Source: Eledone cirrhosa
Taxonomy: Eukaryota
Direction: 5' to 3'
Assembly: GCA_964016885.1 (NCBI GenBank)
Contig: OZ024740.1
Location: forward strand, 218,984,001 to 219,048,000
Length of the DNA stretch: 64,000 nucleotides
The notes below the pieces were generated by a model, which did no database searches, was not told where the DNA came from, and was given only the letters and a program-made list of their open reading frames with translations. This document shows, piece after piece, positions 12,841 through 26,484 of the stretch (the first letter of the stretch is position 1; every line of letters begins with the position of its first letter). The position numbers and the translations under genes are program-made.

Positions 12841-13059
12841 TTCTTCATTTTGAAGCTAAAGGATTACTATTAAAAGGAAAATTATCCATAATACAAATAC
12901 TCTCACAAATCTATCAGATGTTTTACCAGAACAAACAATATTGGATCATTATCATATCATCATCATTTTTATGGTGACTTGGGTTGGATAGGACTTTTTG
13001 AAGAAATGTTTTACAGTTGGATGCTTGTCCTGACACTACTTCTTTTAATCACTTCTTAA

Positions 13060-13280
13060 CTCTTTAGCATTTACATTACTCTATATTTACTAGTGTATTT
13101 TTGTGATAAAGGGTTTATCTCACATAATTATCTCACATAATATCGAATCTATGAGATTTCGATGTTATCTATTTTGAGAAAAATACCTTAATGTCAGTAT
13201 GAGCAGCTGGTTATGGCCAGTTTGAACAGAAAGAGATGAGAGAATTCTGGCCTGATACAGCCGGTTTAAATGCTAAAGAG
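13060..13280. mobile_element. TTAA-flanked (piggyBac-like) MITE
   Basis: TTAA|CTCTTTAGCATTT ... AAATGCTAAAGAG|TTAA; second copy at 34914-35127. Confidence 0.8.
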
Positions 13281-13915
13281 TTAAGGCATGCTGGAGTATT
13301 GTGTGCCTATTCTAAACCAGATATGCATGGATACACATTGAATAACTGTTATAAATTACTTGAACACGTTGTTGTTGTTGCTGCTGTTGTTACATATAGC
13401 GGCTATCCTGCTGTTGCTGTTAAGATGCAGGTCAATTCTGATTGAGTTGACTGGCCTTGGAATACATTCCAGCTGTGACCATCCAATAGGAGGTGGGCGT
13501 AGGATTAAATTATTCAATGTGCTCTGTTTTTTTTCTTTAAGATGGTAAGGTGAATTTGAAGGAATTTAACTGCTATTTCTAACAGGCTGAGTGACTATAT
13601 AGAGGCTCTCTCAAGTAGTTATGTCTACACTACTGAAGATCAATGTTAACGTATACTAGTTGTAACTGAGAAAATTCCATAGTTTAATTAGAAACAGACA
13701 TTTTAAATGTTTTATTTATGAATTATAAAAATAACAGTAAATTCACAAAACTTATTTATTACCAAATGACTGAAACTCCCCAAATGAAATGTTTTATTCA
13801 TTTATAATTTGAGGATAAACAATATATTTTTCATACAGTGTAGGTTTAAAAGAAGAATATTTTGACACCACCACTACCTCCTCCACTCTTTCTCCCTCTC
13901 TCTCTATCTCTTGTG

Positions 13916-13970
<55 letters not shown>

Positions 13971-14289
13971 AACAAGCATTTCCCTCTGTAATCAAAGTTT
14001 TAAAAAGTAATTTATCTTTTAGTTATCTCTCTTCTCTCTCTCTCTCTCTCTCCCTTTCTCTCTCTCTCACACACACACAACACACACTCACTTACCATAC
14101 TTTTTATAGTATAGTGTAGTATGGTCCTGTAACTTATGAGGAAGTCATAAAGCACTGAATTGACATACTTGTATGGCGTTTCTCAGGCATTTTAACCTGG
14201 CGGAGCCTATCCCTCTCCAGGCCGCTTTCCATGAGATTAAAAAATAAAATAAAATTGATATCTGCTGCTGTTAAATTTGCTCTCCACAT

Positions 14290-14860
14290 CTCTCACTATT
14301 ATGAGGGGGCCTGTATACTGGCTGCCCCGTGGCCCCGGTGGACAGAATAGAGAAGGCATTTGCCTGGAGGATGGTGAGGGAGACATGTTGGAAGAGCTAT
14401 TCCAGCTTGCGAGGCTTACTCACACCTGTGGGTAGTCAACTCTATGCCGATGGTGGTGAGTAGGGAGGTGGTCCTAAGGCCAAGGACACCAGAAGTCTCC
14501 ACTGCTATAGACTCGACTGCAAACCTGTCAGAAAGCGACCGATATTTGGGGAGTGTACTCTCCTTGGCCTGAAGTGCAGCATAGCCTGGGTTAGTCACTA
14601 ACTGCACCAGGTAGTCACTGGAGAATGTGTCGCTGCATGTGGCATCCGATATTGAGGGGTTTACCATCATGGAACTGGAAGATGGTTATGCTGTCTAGCC
14701 TTTTGCCATCCCCTTAGTCCAGCCTCACTGGCTTAAGCTGAGAGGGGAAGCCTGCAGCATCCAAGCCATGCTTCATGATCTTGTTAAGAGCAACATGGCA
14801 TGGAAAGCAGTCGGCACTGTAGAGACAGAACAGCAGGTAGAGGCTGAAAGAGTCTACAGT
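14290..14860 (-). mobile_element. Decayed CRE-like RLE non-LTR retrotransposon 3' region
   Basis: Minus frames give HVALNKIMKHGLDAAGFPSQLKP..GDGKRLD..DATCSDTF..KYRSL..IAVETSGVLG..LFQHVSLTILQANAFSIL, a PD-(D/E)XK-type endonuclease region with stops and frameshifts. Confidence 0.7.
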
Positions 14861-15592
14861 GGAAGTTTTACTCGCATCTCATATTGATGTATTGTTGGCC
14901 CTTTAATATAATAGAGTGATAATACCCCCCCTCATTTCCCCTAAAATCTGCAATGTGACTTTGAAATACAGTGGAAGCATTATGATCATTTTGGGATGGA
15001 GCCCTTTAGAGAACAATAACCGGCTGATAACATTAAGACTTTTCATATTAAATCAGCTGAAACCAAGTTTGTACAACAGATCAGTACAAAGATTAGTACA
15101 AGCCTTATAAGTACTTTTCCCTGTAGTTAACTTAGATTATAAAATATTTTATGTATATGAAATGTTACTTAATATACATGAATGAGTTGCTGCCAGGAGT
15201 TAAAAAGCTGAAAAAAATAAAAGAAAGAAAATGTTTATGTAATTTTTTTTCATTCTTTTCTTTTAAAATAACATAATGTTAAAACCTTTAGTTATTTTAT
15301 AATTCCATATATATTTTTGGAAAATTTTTTGAAAATTTTTTGAAAATTTTTTGAAAATCTTTTTCTTGAAATTATCAATCAATATTTTCAATTATATATA
15401 CTTGATAGCGATTTTATTTTCAAGAGTTGAAAGTACTAATGATAAATACCAAAGATATTTACAATAAGAAAATACCAAAAGGTCAGAAGGTTGGGCAAGG
15501 TTGCTTAGAAGGAGAACCAATACTGGCAGCTAATAAATTCCAATGGAATTTGAGGGTTAGTAAAATAAGAATGAATTCTGCTCTTTGTGTTT

Positions 15593-16400
15593 TAACCCTT
15601 TGATGTTAAACCACACTTAGTTCTACAAAACAAAACTGTTTGTTTTAACCTTTTTGATACTAAACTGCCTGAGACCAGCCCTAGTTCTACAAAACAAAAC
15701 AGTTTGTTTTAACCTTTTTGATACTAAACCTCCTAAAACCACCCCTGGTTCTACAATACAAAGCTGCTTATTCTAAAGTACTTACTTTTATCTAAAAACC
15801 TTCCACCATATGTTTATGTAAGAAGCTTACACCAACTAAGAAATGAAAAAGTTATATCACCCAATCCCTCAAATTTTTTATTTTCAGAATTATTTGAAAA
15901 TCATTGTTAGTGTCTTCCATTAGAAATAAGACAATAAAAGGGTTAAAGTGTTTATATTTATTTCAAAACCTTCCATTATAGATTTATGTAAGAACCTTTG
16001 TCAAGCTATGTTCCAAACACCAACTTATTAATGAAATGTTAGTTATATCACCAAATCCTTCAAATTCTTTATTATTTTCAGAATTATTTGAAAATCATAG
16101 TTAGTGTCTTTCATTAGAAATATGGTAATGAAAGGGTTAAAGTGCTTATATTTATCTAAAAACCTTCCATCATAAATTTATGTCAGATGGGGGGGTCTTT
16201 ACATTCTGATTTCAATTAACACTTTTATTAGCACAGTCCTAATGAAATACAAAAACTAAGAATACTGGCGGATGGTAAAAGGAGACATAGTGTCTTTCAT
16301 TAGAAATAGGGTAATAAAAAGGTTAAAGTGCTCATATTTATCTAAATCTCTTCCATTATTGATTTATGTAAGAAGCTTTGTTAAGTTAACACCAGCTAAA
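15593..16400. mobile_element. Tandem and partial copies of a TTAACCCTTT...AAAGGGTTAA non-autonomous DNA element
   Basis: Left-end motif TTAACC(C/T)TTTTGATACTAAAC occurs three times at 15593-15730. Right-end motif CATTAGAAATA..AAAGGGTTAA recurs near 15945, 16140 and 16325. Related pieces at 4260-4340, 8625-9070 and 61935-62950. Confidence 0.6.
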
Positions 16401-17237
16401 TAATGAGATTTTGTATTTCATTAAAATTGTGATAATAAAAGTGTTAATTGAACTCAGAAAGATCCCCTCTCCTTAAAAAAAAAGAAGAAAAATGTTGCCA
16501 ATTCACTGCCTGAGGAAAATCTGCTGCATCTTCTGGCTCAACAAAATGTCAAAGGAGTAATTGTACCACAAAACTTGTTGCAATAGTGTGGTCCTTAACA
16601 TAGAACACTGGTGATTCTATTGGTTAGGTCATGAACTGAGAATGGACCAAGGAAGGTTACTAAAGGTAGAATTAAGATGGACACCATTTGGAAAGCGAAA
16701 GTCTAAATGGCTAAAGAAGAACTGACATGGAAAAATTGAAAATGAGTTGAGAGAAATGCAGCTTACATGAGGCAAAGCACAGAGAGTTGCTAAAGACTGG
16801 TGTGAATCGTATCAAATCAGGAAGAAGAAAATTAGTAATCATCATCATCATCATCTTGGTTAACATCTATCTTCCACGCTAGCATGGGTTAGAGGGGAAT
16901 TGTCCCACTTGAGGCAAGATTGGTTGGGTGACCGTGTCTCGCTCGTATAAGACTGTATCTGGCTGGATGCCCTTCCTAACACCAACCACATTTACAGTGT
17001 GGACTGGGAGCCTTTTTACAGTGTCTCTTACACAACCACTTTACAGCGTGGAGTGGGTGCTTTTTGTCGTGACACCTACACAACCACTAATATTAATAAT
17101 CCTCTGAAGGAATTGAACTCACAATGTAAAGAGCCCCGCAAAAGAAAAATGCTGCTACACATTTCGCTGACACTTTAACAACTTTATCAATCCACTGCTC
17201 TTAGTTATGATAACAGCAACAACAACAACAACAATAA

Positions 17238-18415
17238 TGGTTTCTTATATAGGCACAAGACCAGCAATTTGGGGGGAGGGGAAAGTCGATTAAATCAACC
17301 CCCCAGTGCGTGACTGGTACTTTATTTTATCAACCCCGTAAGGATGAAAGGCAAAGTTAACCTCGGCGGGATTTGAACTCAGATCATAAAGGGCCGTAAC
17401 TCTTTGCTGCAAAGCATAGCGTCCGACCCTCTACCGATACTGCCAATCCACTGCCCTAACAACAACAATAATAATATTAATAATGCTTTCTGATTTAGGT
17501 ACAAGGCCAATAATTTTTGGGGAGTGAAAAGCTGATTAAATCGACCACAGTAAGTTACTGGTACTTTATTTTATCAACTGTATATGGATGAAAGACAAAG
17601 CTAACCTTCGTGGAATTTGAACTCAGAACGTAAAGGGACATAACTCTATGCTGCAAAGCATGTTGTCTGACGCTCTACTGATATCGCCAATCCACTGCTT
17701 AAGGCCAGAAATATAGAGAGAGGGTAAAGTCAATTAAATTGACTCTAGTACTTGCCTGGCACTTTATTTTATTGGCTATGTTGACCATGGCAGGATATGA
17801 ACTCAAAAATGTAAAAATCCATAACCAAATGCCACAAAACATTCTGTCTGATGCTGTAATGTTTCTACCAACCCAACATCTTAATAGTAATAGTTATAAT
17901 TGTTTCTAATTTAGGCACAAGGCCAGCAATTTGAAGGGGGAAGGGAAAGTCGATTAAATCAACCCCATTGCATTACTGGTGCATTATTTTATCAACCCCG
18001 TTCAAATCCCGCCGAGGTTAACTTTGCCTTTCAACCTTACGGGGTCGATAAAATAAAGTACCAGTAATGTACTGAGTTATTGCTGGCCTTGTGACAATAG
18101 TAGAAACAATTATTTTATCAACCCCGTAAGGATGAAGGGCAAAGCTAACCTCAGCAAGGTTTGAACTCAGAACATAAAGGGCCGTGACTCTATGCTGTGA
18201 AGCATGTTGTCCGACGTAATAATTATAATGGTCTCTAATTTAGGCACAAGGCCAGCAAGTTTGAAAGAAGAGTAAAGTTGATTACATTGACTCCAGTATT
18301 TGACAGCTATTTCATCTTATCAACCCCAGGAGAGTGAAAAGCAAAGTTGAACTTGGTAGAATACAAATATTGGTAAAAACTTCTGTTGAATCACTAACGA
18401 TTCTACAAATTCACT
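17238..18415 (-). mobile_element. Cluster of five minus-strand family-A SINEs with a nested + copy (18002-18108)
   Basis: Copies separated by AAT/AAC runs. The nested copy is flanked by ATTATTTTATCAACCCCGT at 17983-18001 and 18109-18127. Confidence 0.88.
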
Positions 18416-18458
18416 ACTTAATAATCACAACAACAACAACAACATCATCATCATGATC

Positions 18459-18504
<46 letters not shown>

Positions 18505-18519
18505 ATAGTAACAATAATA

Positions 18520-19115
18520 TAAAAAAATGGAGAAAAAAACCACTCCATAGCCAATATCTTGCAAAGCTTGACAGAGAAGAAGTGAGCCAAATAGAAATTA
18601 AAAATAACTCAAAATCAACAGACTAAAAGCAGAAACAGAAAGATTGATTCACTCTATGCAAGACCAATGTTTGTCCATAAACAATTACAGGAAGAAATTA
18701 ATGAAAATGCAGAAGTTGCAGCCTGTACATTGCAGAAGGTGTAACCTGTACATCTCTGGCTGCCCAATCCTCACCAAGTCTGAATATTTACACAGTCATG
18801 ATCGAGTTGGCAGCTATGTACAACATATCAACACTTTGATAGACAAGAAGTGGTGTAAACATATACCAAAGCAGATGACAAGATCCTAGACTAGATTGAC
18901 AAAGAGATCAAAACAAACCATTCAGACATAATAATCAAGGATTGAAAAATATAGTACGTCCATACTGATAGGCATTGCAATACCTCTTGACTCAAATATT
19001 GCCCAGAAATAACTGTCAAAATACAAAGATCTGGAAATTGAAATAGACAAGATGTTAGACATGAAGGTAGAAACAGTGTCAGTATTAGCTGTAGCACCAG
19101 GTATGATAAAACAAA
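18520..19115 (+). mobile_element. Decayed R4/Dong-type LINE 3' region
   Basis: KAETE..QDQCL, SGCPIL..SEYL.HDRV and KYKDLEIEI motifs in broken frames; homologous to 41955-43068. Confidence 0.7.
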
Positions 19116-19189
19116 ATGAAAACAACAACAACAGCACAGAAACCATACTTTCTTTTGGATTTTGATACTTATTTGTTTACAATATTGAA

Positions 19190-19596
19190 AAAAATGTCTT
19201 TATTCTAAAAATTCTCTCATACCTACAGCTGTTCCATTTGAATTTAAGAGGCTTCAGTTTCCAGTAAAACTAAGTTTTGTTATTTCAATTAACAAATCTC
19301 AGGGTCAATCCCTCAAGGTAGTTGGACTTGATCTCTCCCATGGTCAACTCTATGTTAATTACTCACGAGTTGGAAGCAGCAACAATTTATTCACAATGAA
19401 TATCGTTTACCCTGAGGTGCTTCAATATTGACTGATTTTCATTTCTAAATTCTATTATCATTACAATTTTGATATTTCTTTTTTAAATATAGATATTTTG
19501 ATATAATTATGAGAAAAAAATATATCTTCATATCTATTGTTTACTAATCTGAATAAGAACAGCAGTAACCCGGGCAACACCGGGTCATTCAGCTAG
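19190..19596 (+). mobile_element. Helitron 3' end: Pif1-like helicase C-terminus, hairpin and CTAG terminus
   Basis: 19213-19431 reads [64 protein letters not shown]. Hairpin ACCCGG-gcaaca-CCGGGT at 19568-19585, then CTAG|T at 19593-19597. Confidence 0.9.
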
Positions 19597-19889
19597 TGTT
19601 CAATAAAACAACAAAACTCACACAACATATACTATACATTAATACTCAATAAAACAACAAAGCTCACATTACGCATATGATATGCAACAGAATAAACACT
19701 AAAATAACACAAGAAATAAGTTCAATCCCACAATAAAATAACATTGATGCAGTACACTAACAGAAGGAGACTACACTCCCCATATCCCCTGCAAAAAGAA
19801 CACACAATGCTGCACACACCTCAGGAAGATGGAAGTGCACCAGGTGATGCAGTAGAAACTTGCATGAAACTATCAAAGAAATAATAATT

Positions 19890-20700
19890 ATTATTTCTAC
19901 ATTTGGCACAATGCCAGCAATTTTGAAGAGAAGGGAAAAGTTGATTAAATTGACTCCAGTGGTTTACTGGTACTTCATTTTATCGACCCTGTAAGGATTA
20001 AAGGCAAAGCTAATCCCGGTGGGATTTGAAATAAATACTTATTTATACTTTTGGTACAAGGCCAGCAATTTCAAGGGAAAGGAAAGTTGATTAAATTGAA
20101 CCCAATGCGTTACTGCTACTTTATTTTATCAACCCTATAAGGATGAAAGGCAGAGAGCTAACCTAGGTGAGATTAGCTTTGTCTTTCATCCTTATGGGGT
20201 CGATAAAATAAAGTACTAGTCATACACTAGGGTCGATTTAATCGACTTTTTCCTCCCCACCAACATTTTCTGGTCTTGTGCCTATATCAGAAACTATTCA
20301 TCATCATCATCATTTCATTTTACGTCCACTTTTCCCTGCTTGCAAGGGTGGGATGGGAACTGATTCTGGCTTGATTTCTACAGCTGGATGCCCTTCCTAA
20401 CACCAACTTCATTTACAGTGAGTGCAGGGTGCTTTTTTTTCTGTGGCGCCTCCACGTCCACTTTACAGAGTGGGCTGGGTGCTTTTTTTTTTTGCCGTGG
20501 CACCTCCACGACCACTCTACAGTGGAATGATATGGACCCCAGTCCCTATCATCTCATTTCTACAGCTGAGTAAACTGGAGCAATGTGAAATAAAATGTCT
20601 TGCTCAAGGAAAAAACACATCACTCGGTCTGAAAATTGAACTCATAACCTTTCGATTGCAAGGCCAATACTCTAACCACTAAGCCATGTGCCTCCACTAT
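19890..20700. mobile_element. SINE patch: family-A copies, an RTE 3'-UTR-like piece (20310-20530, -) and a CORE-like tRNA SINE (20545-20700, -)
   Basis: 20310-20530 matches the reverse complement of the RTE 3' UTR at 56340-56600. 20545-20700 matches the SINE at 48832-49165. Confidence 0.75.
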
Positions 20701-21108
20701 AATTAATAATAACAATAATAATAATATGAGAGGTTTAATCAAATAACTAACTTTCACCTTGATAAAAGACAAAAGTTGAACCATTGGAATTTAATATCTC
20801 TCAGGTAATGATAAGATTTCAGAGCACAATTTAAATTTGCACCCTTTAATAGAAGCAATCTCCGGTAAGATAGTTGAAGGGGCTATAGAGATCAGTTAAT
20901 GAGGAAGAATGAGCTGAATATGGAATACCAAATTAAGTGAATGCCACCATAATAGTTAGGTGGGGTTGCATAACATGACTGCTCTTTGACTTTGTAAGGA
21001 AAAGATGAATATGTATAAGTGTGTTTGTGGCAGTGTACATGTATGTGTATGTGTGTTACTTCTCGTTACAATCTCTCCTTACACTCAATAACTAAAATAC
21101 TCTGTTAC

Positions 21109-21205
<97 letters not shown>

Positions 21206-21638
21206 CCTCTCTCTCTCCCCCCTCTCTCTCTGTCTGCCACTTCTCACACTACTGCAAGGACACTATGCTTTACTCAACTTGCAAGATCTAAATCATATTC
21301 ACCAAAAGACCATCTAATGCATCTGTCTGTCTGTCTGTCTGTCCATTCGTGTCTGTCAAACCGTCTGTCGGTCTCTCTCTTTTTCTTTTTCTCACTATCT
21401 GTACTATATGTCACCCCTAAATTTCTTACTACTCACCCCCTCCCAATTATTTCCCCCACTGAGTTACAATTGCAACTTTCTAGTATCCTCCTGCTCACCC
21501 ACTGCCACACACCACCTCTTTTGTACAATATATTGGCCTACAGAACTAGAAACTAAATAACTAAATAAAAAAAAATATAAAAAAAAATAATGTTGCCGAA
21601 GTTTGGAATTGAAACTTCCTTCATTATCTCTTAACAAC

Positions 21639-21826
21639 GGGCGGTGGATTGGCAGTATCAGTAGAGGGTCGTACGCCATGCTTTGACGCATAGAGTTATG
21701 GCCCTTGCCATTCTGAGTTCAAATCCCGCCGAGGTTAACTTTGCCTTTCATCCTTACGGGGTCGATAAAATAAAGTACCAGTAATGTACTGGGGTAATTG
21801 CTGGCCTTGTGCCAAAAGTAGAAACA
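21639..21826 (+). mobile_element. Full-length young family-A SINE with 16-bp TSD
   Basis: ATTATCTCTTAACAAC at 21623-21638 and 21827-21842; intact A and B boxes. Confidence 0.92.
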
Positions 21827-22957
21827 ATTATCTCTTAACAACCTATAATGATTTAGCAGAAAATATCTAAAAATGGGTTTGTTAATTTAACTATTTTAAT
21901 ATCTTTACTAGTGAACAGATCATTGTGAACATTTGCAGTATTAGATTGTATGTATGTATGGTCTTGTAACTCCTGATAAAGTTATAGGGGCCCTGTATTT
22001 ACATACAGCATTTCTTGGGCATGTTAAGCCCATCCCTCTCCAGGTGTGAGTACAGCAGATTTCTTCCAAAGAAAGAGAGAAAATGACAGAGAGGAAATGA
22101 GAAAGAGATATAGAGGAAGAATCAATCCCAGTACTAGATTGGTACTTTTTTTTTTATCGACCTTGAAAGGATGAAAGGCAAAGTTGACCTTAGCGGGATT
22201 TCAACTCAGAGAGCAGAGAGTCGGAATGAATACTATAAAGCATTCTATCTGACATTCTAACGACTCTACCAATTCACCACCTAGTATTAGATGAAAGACC
22301 TTAATATTTAATCATATGGGTAGTGGATTGGCAGAATTGGTAGAGCGTCAGATAAAATGCCATTGTGGTATTTGTCCTGGCTCTTTATATTCTGTGTTAA
22401 AATCCCGCCGAGGTAAACTTTACCTTTTATCTGTCCAGAGACAATAGTGGTAAGAAACTCTCAGGAGAGATGGACTGCAGAAGGACTTCAGAGAAGAAAC
22501 CTTCTTAAGGAAGTTTTTCAGCCCTTAACTTCTGAGAGTTTCAATAAAATAAAGTACCAGTCAAATACTGGGGTTGATTTAATGAACATTACCCTTCCCC
22601 TAAATTTGCTGACCTTGCACCAAAATTTGAAATCAATATTTAATATGATGCAGTCATAGTGCTGTTTTGTATTTTCCAAGAATGTTTTTTCTAATGTGGC
22701 TTTATGTGGTACAGGACGTTAAGAGTTAAAGGTACCACATATCTTTGAAGCAATGTTGAAATATGCAAATATTGATGTTTGGCTGTTTTTATGTTTAGAT
22801 TTGTTTTATATTTTAGTCATATTTTTATATATGAAAATATTTATAGGGTTACTCTGAAGGGTCTCTGGAGTAACGTATTCAATAGAGTGCATAGCTCGGA
22901 GATCAGAGAGTTGCTGCAGGTAGAACCACTACTTCTCTGAATTGAGAGATTACAGCT

Positions 22958-22964
<7 letters not shown>

Positions 22965-22988
<24 letters not shown>

Positions 22989-22997
22989 AGGTGACAC

Positions 22998-23030
<33 letters not shown>

Positions 23031-23635
23031 TACAATCACCATAACCACCATCATCATTACCACTACCACCACCACCACCATCATCATCACCACCACCACC
23101 ACCACCACCTCCTTTACCACCACCACCACCACTTCCTTTACCACCACCACCACCTCCTTTACCACCACCACCACCACCACCACTATCACCACCACCATCA
23201 TCATCATCCTTATCACCATCATCACCACAACCACCACCACCACCTTCATCATCATTATGATCATGATGATTATCATCATCACCGCCACCACCACCATCAT
23301 CACCATCACCACCACCACCGACACCACCATCATCATCATCATTACCACCACCACCACCATCATCACCATCATCATCACCATCACCACCATCATCATCACC
23401 ACCATCACCATCATCATTATCACCACCACCACCACCACCACCACCACCACCACCACCATCACCACCATCATCATCCCCATCATCATTACCATCATTACCA
23501 CCACCACCACCACCACCACCACCACCACCACCATCATCACCATCACCACCATCATCATCATCATCATCATCATTACCATCATTATCACCACAACCACCAC
23601 CAATTAACACCACCACCACCACGACCTTCATCATC
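22965..23635. repeat. Compound (ACC)n/(ATC)n trinucleotide repeat
   Basis: Direct reading; explains the low-complexity ORFs in several frames. Confidence 0.95.
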
Positions 23636-23954
23636 CTAAATCAGTAACATTTCGGTATATGTGTGTGGGATGTATTGGTAGATGAAATTCTAAAACCTAA
23701 AACAACAGAGGGAAATTAATATTTGGTAATAAGATCATCATTGTTTGTGAGTTGTTGTTTAACCAGTAACACAACATTTCACACTTGGAACATTAGAATA
23801 GATGTAAGCAGAGATAATGGGTAGCATTACTGTTGTTTTACTTTGTCATGTTTTCATTACACTTCTTGACGTCAGTGGCTGGACTTTGTTGAAATTAATT
23901 CAATCATGTGAAACCTAAGATGTTCCTAATTTGTTATCTAGCTCCTATAATAAT

Positions 23955-24950
23955 AATTGTTTCAACTTTTGGCACAAGGCCAGTGTATCACTGGTACTTT
24001 ATTTTATCGACCCTGTAAGGATGAAAGGCAAAGTTAACCTCGGCGGAATTTGAACTCAGACCATAAAGAGCCGTAACTCTTTGCTGCAAAGAATGGCGTC
24101 CGACCCTCTACCGATACTGCCAATCCACCGCCTTCATAATAATTCTTTCTACTTTTGGCACAGGGCCAGTAATTACCCAGTGTATCACTGGTACTTTATT
24201 TTATCGACCCCGTAAGGATGAAAGGCAAAGTTAACCTCGGCGGGATTTGAACTCAGACCATAAAGGGCCGTAACTCTTTGTTGCAAAGAATGGCGTCCGA
24301 CCCTCTACCGATACTGCCAATCCACCGCCTTCATAATAATTGTTTCTACTTTTGGCACAAGGCCAGTAATTACCCAGTGTATCACTGGTACTTTATTTTA
24401 TCGACCCTGTAAGGATGAAAGGCAAAGTTAACCTCGGCGGGATTTGAACTCATAATGGCAAGGGGCGTAACTCTATGCGTCAAAGCATGGCGTACGACCC
24501 TCTACCGATACTGCCAATCTACTTTAGGCACAAGGCTAGTAATTTGGAGGGGAAGGGAAGTCGATTAAATTGACCCCAGTGCATTACTGGGGCTTTATTT
24601 ATCGACCCTGTAAGGATGAATGGTAAAGTTGACCTCGGCGGGATTTGAACTCAGAATGTAAAGGGCCGTAACTCTATGACACAGAGCATGTTGTCCGACG
24701 CTCTACCGATACTGCCAATCCACTGCCCTAATGATAATAATTGTTTCTAGTATAGGCACAAGGCGAGCAACTTTTTGGGGAGGGGAAAGTTGATTAAATC
24801 GACCCCAGTGCGTGACTGGTGCTTTATTTTATCATCGACCCCATAAGGATGAAAGGCATAGTTAACCTCGGTGGGATTTGATCTTAGACCGTAAAGGGCC
24901 GTAACTCTATGCCGCAAAGCATGGTCTTCAACCCTCTACCAATACTGCCA
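23955..24950 (-). mobile_element. Head-to-tail array of about five family-A SINEs
   Basis: Repeated GGCACAAGGCCAG..TCGACCC.GTAAGGATGAAAGGC..CTACCGATACTGCCAAT units joined by AAT runs. Confidence 0.9.
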
Positions 24951-25113
24951 ATAATAATAATAATAATAGTATGAACAACAAAAATAATAATAATAAACAG
25001 TACTGACGTCATTACTGCTGTAACCACTATCCTTGTTATCCTCCTCCACATCATTATCAATATCCTGGTCATCATTAAACTCATTACCATCAACTTCATC
25101 ATCATTGTAATTG

Positions 25114-25175
<62 letters not shown>

Positions 25176-26188
25176 CAAAAATAAATAAAACCTAAATTAA
25201 AATAAGATTAAGTTTAATCTTTCTTAAGTAAGTTCCATCATGTTTTTATAGCTCTATTTTTGAAATTAAACTGGCAGAGAAGCAATGTTTCTTTAGAGTT
25301 CTGAACTACTTTCAACATTTCTTCTACACTAATATTATGTTTTCATTGGAAACTAGTGAATCTTTTTTTTTTAACTTTTTCATATCATGTGCCAATGAAG
25401 ACACTGAAAGAGAAAGAAAGAGAACAGAGAAAGTATCAGAATAAATATTGAACATGCTTCCAATATACGGAATTTCCTTGATGGAGTATTTTTAAAGCAT
25501 TGATCCCATTGATTTCAAAGAGTAAAGGTGGGGAAAAAGCTAGATGGAAGTTTGTGTGAAGTAAGATAAAATGTTTTTTTTTTAAGCTCTTCTAATATGA
25601 CAGTTAATGTTTATTGGTGTTTAATATTTTTTCCCTTACTCACAGCACTTAATAGTTAAATGCTTCTTCTAACTATTTAACATTAATCTGCTGAATTCTT
25701 TTTTGATTTAGGTACTAAATACTGGATCTAACAGCAAAAATGCTCACTTTTGTAACAAAATACTGTGTTTAGCAATTTAAATAGGATGTGCAAAGCTTGA
25801 TAAAATCGACACAAAAATGTGATAATGGGAATTATTCTCCACATACTGAAAGCAATAGCTGAATAAAACAACCTTACTCTAAAACACAGTTAGTATTTCA
25901 AAGGAGCCCATTTCATTTTTTTTTAAAATATCAATATGGTAGCATCAATATGACCTGTTTTACAATTTTATAGATTTTTCCCTAGGTGTTGGCAATTAAT
26001 GAGAAATTTTAGGATCAATACTATCGTCATCCATGTAATCAAAAAACTCTACAAAGACTCAAATAGGGGAAATATCAGTAGACATTCTTCTAGCATATCG
26101 ACTATCTCTTGTTCTGTTCTTTTTTTTAAATATTCAGTCAGTTTTAATTGTTTAGGTTACTGTGTGTATCCAGCTTAGAATAGGTATA

Positions 26189-26388
26189 CCATATCTCTAT
26201 ATGTCATAAGAGGCATATAAAAGGGTTTATCCGGGAAGGTCATAGGTCCCACTAGACTAATCACCGTGTTAGCAGGGAAAGTGGCCTTAAAATGCTTGTT
26301 GTTGTTCTGATTAGTCAGGGAAAGGAGGTGGAGGAGGCTATCCTCCACTTGGAGTCCTGGTCCAAATGCTTGCAATAGGGTAGACTCT
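26189..26388 (-). other. Possible host-gene exon (unidentified)
   Basis: Non-repetitive open frame ESTLLQAFGPGLQVEDSLLHLLSLTNQNNNKHFKATFPANTVISLVGPMTFPDKPFYMPLMTYRDM between TTTTAGTAG and ATG|GTATAC. No family recognised. Confidence 0.25.
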
Positions 26389-26484
26389 ACTAAAAGTACC
26401 CAAAGGCTGGGTGGTGGTGTTAAAGGAATGTCTACGACCCAAGTAGACCATAGCAATGTTAAAATATTAAGTAGGCAAGGCAGG

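Noticed and set aside
19213-19431. Host PIF1 helicase exon
   Set aside because: It has deletions and a frameshift and is followed by a Helitron hairpin and CTAG end.
21639-21730. Functional tRNA genes at A/B-box motifs
   Set aside because: Each is followed by the same SINE body and tail, often with a TSD, and lacks a canonical cloverleaf.
22903-23634. Gly/Asp-, Thr/Ile- and Val/Met-rich ORFs (also 34362-34705, 43961-44965, 56710-57049)
   Set aside because: Trinucleotide microsatellites open in several frames at once.
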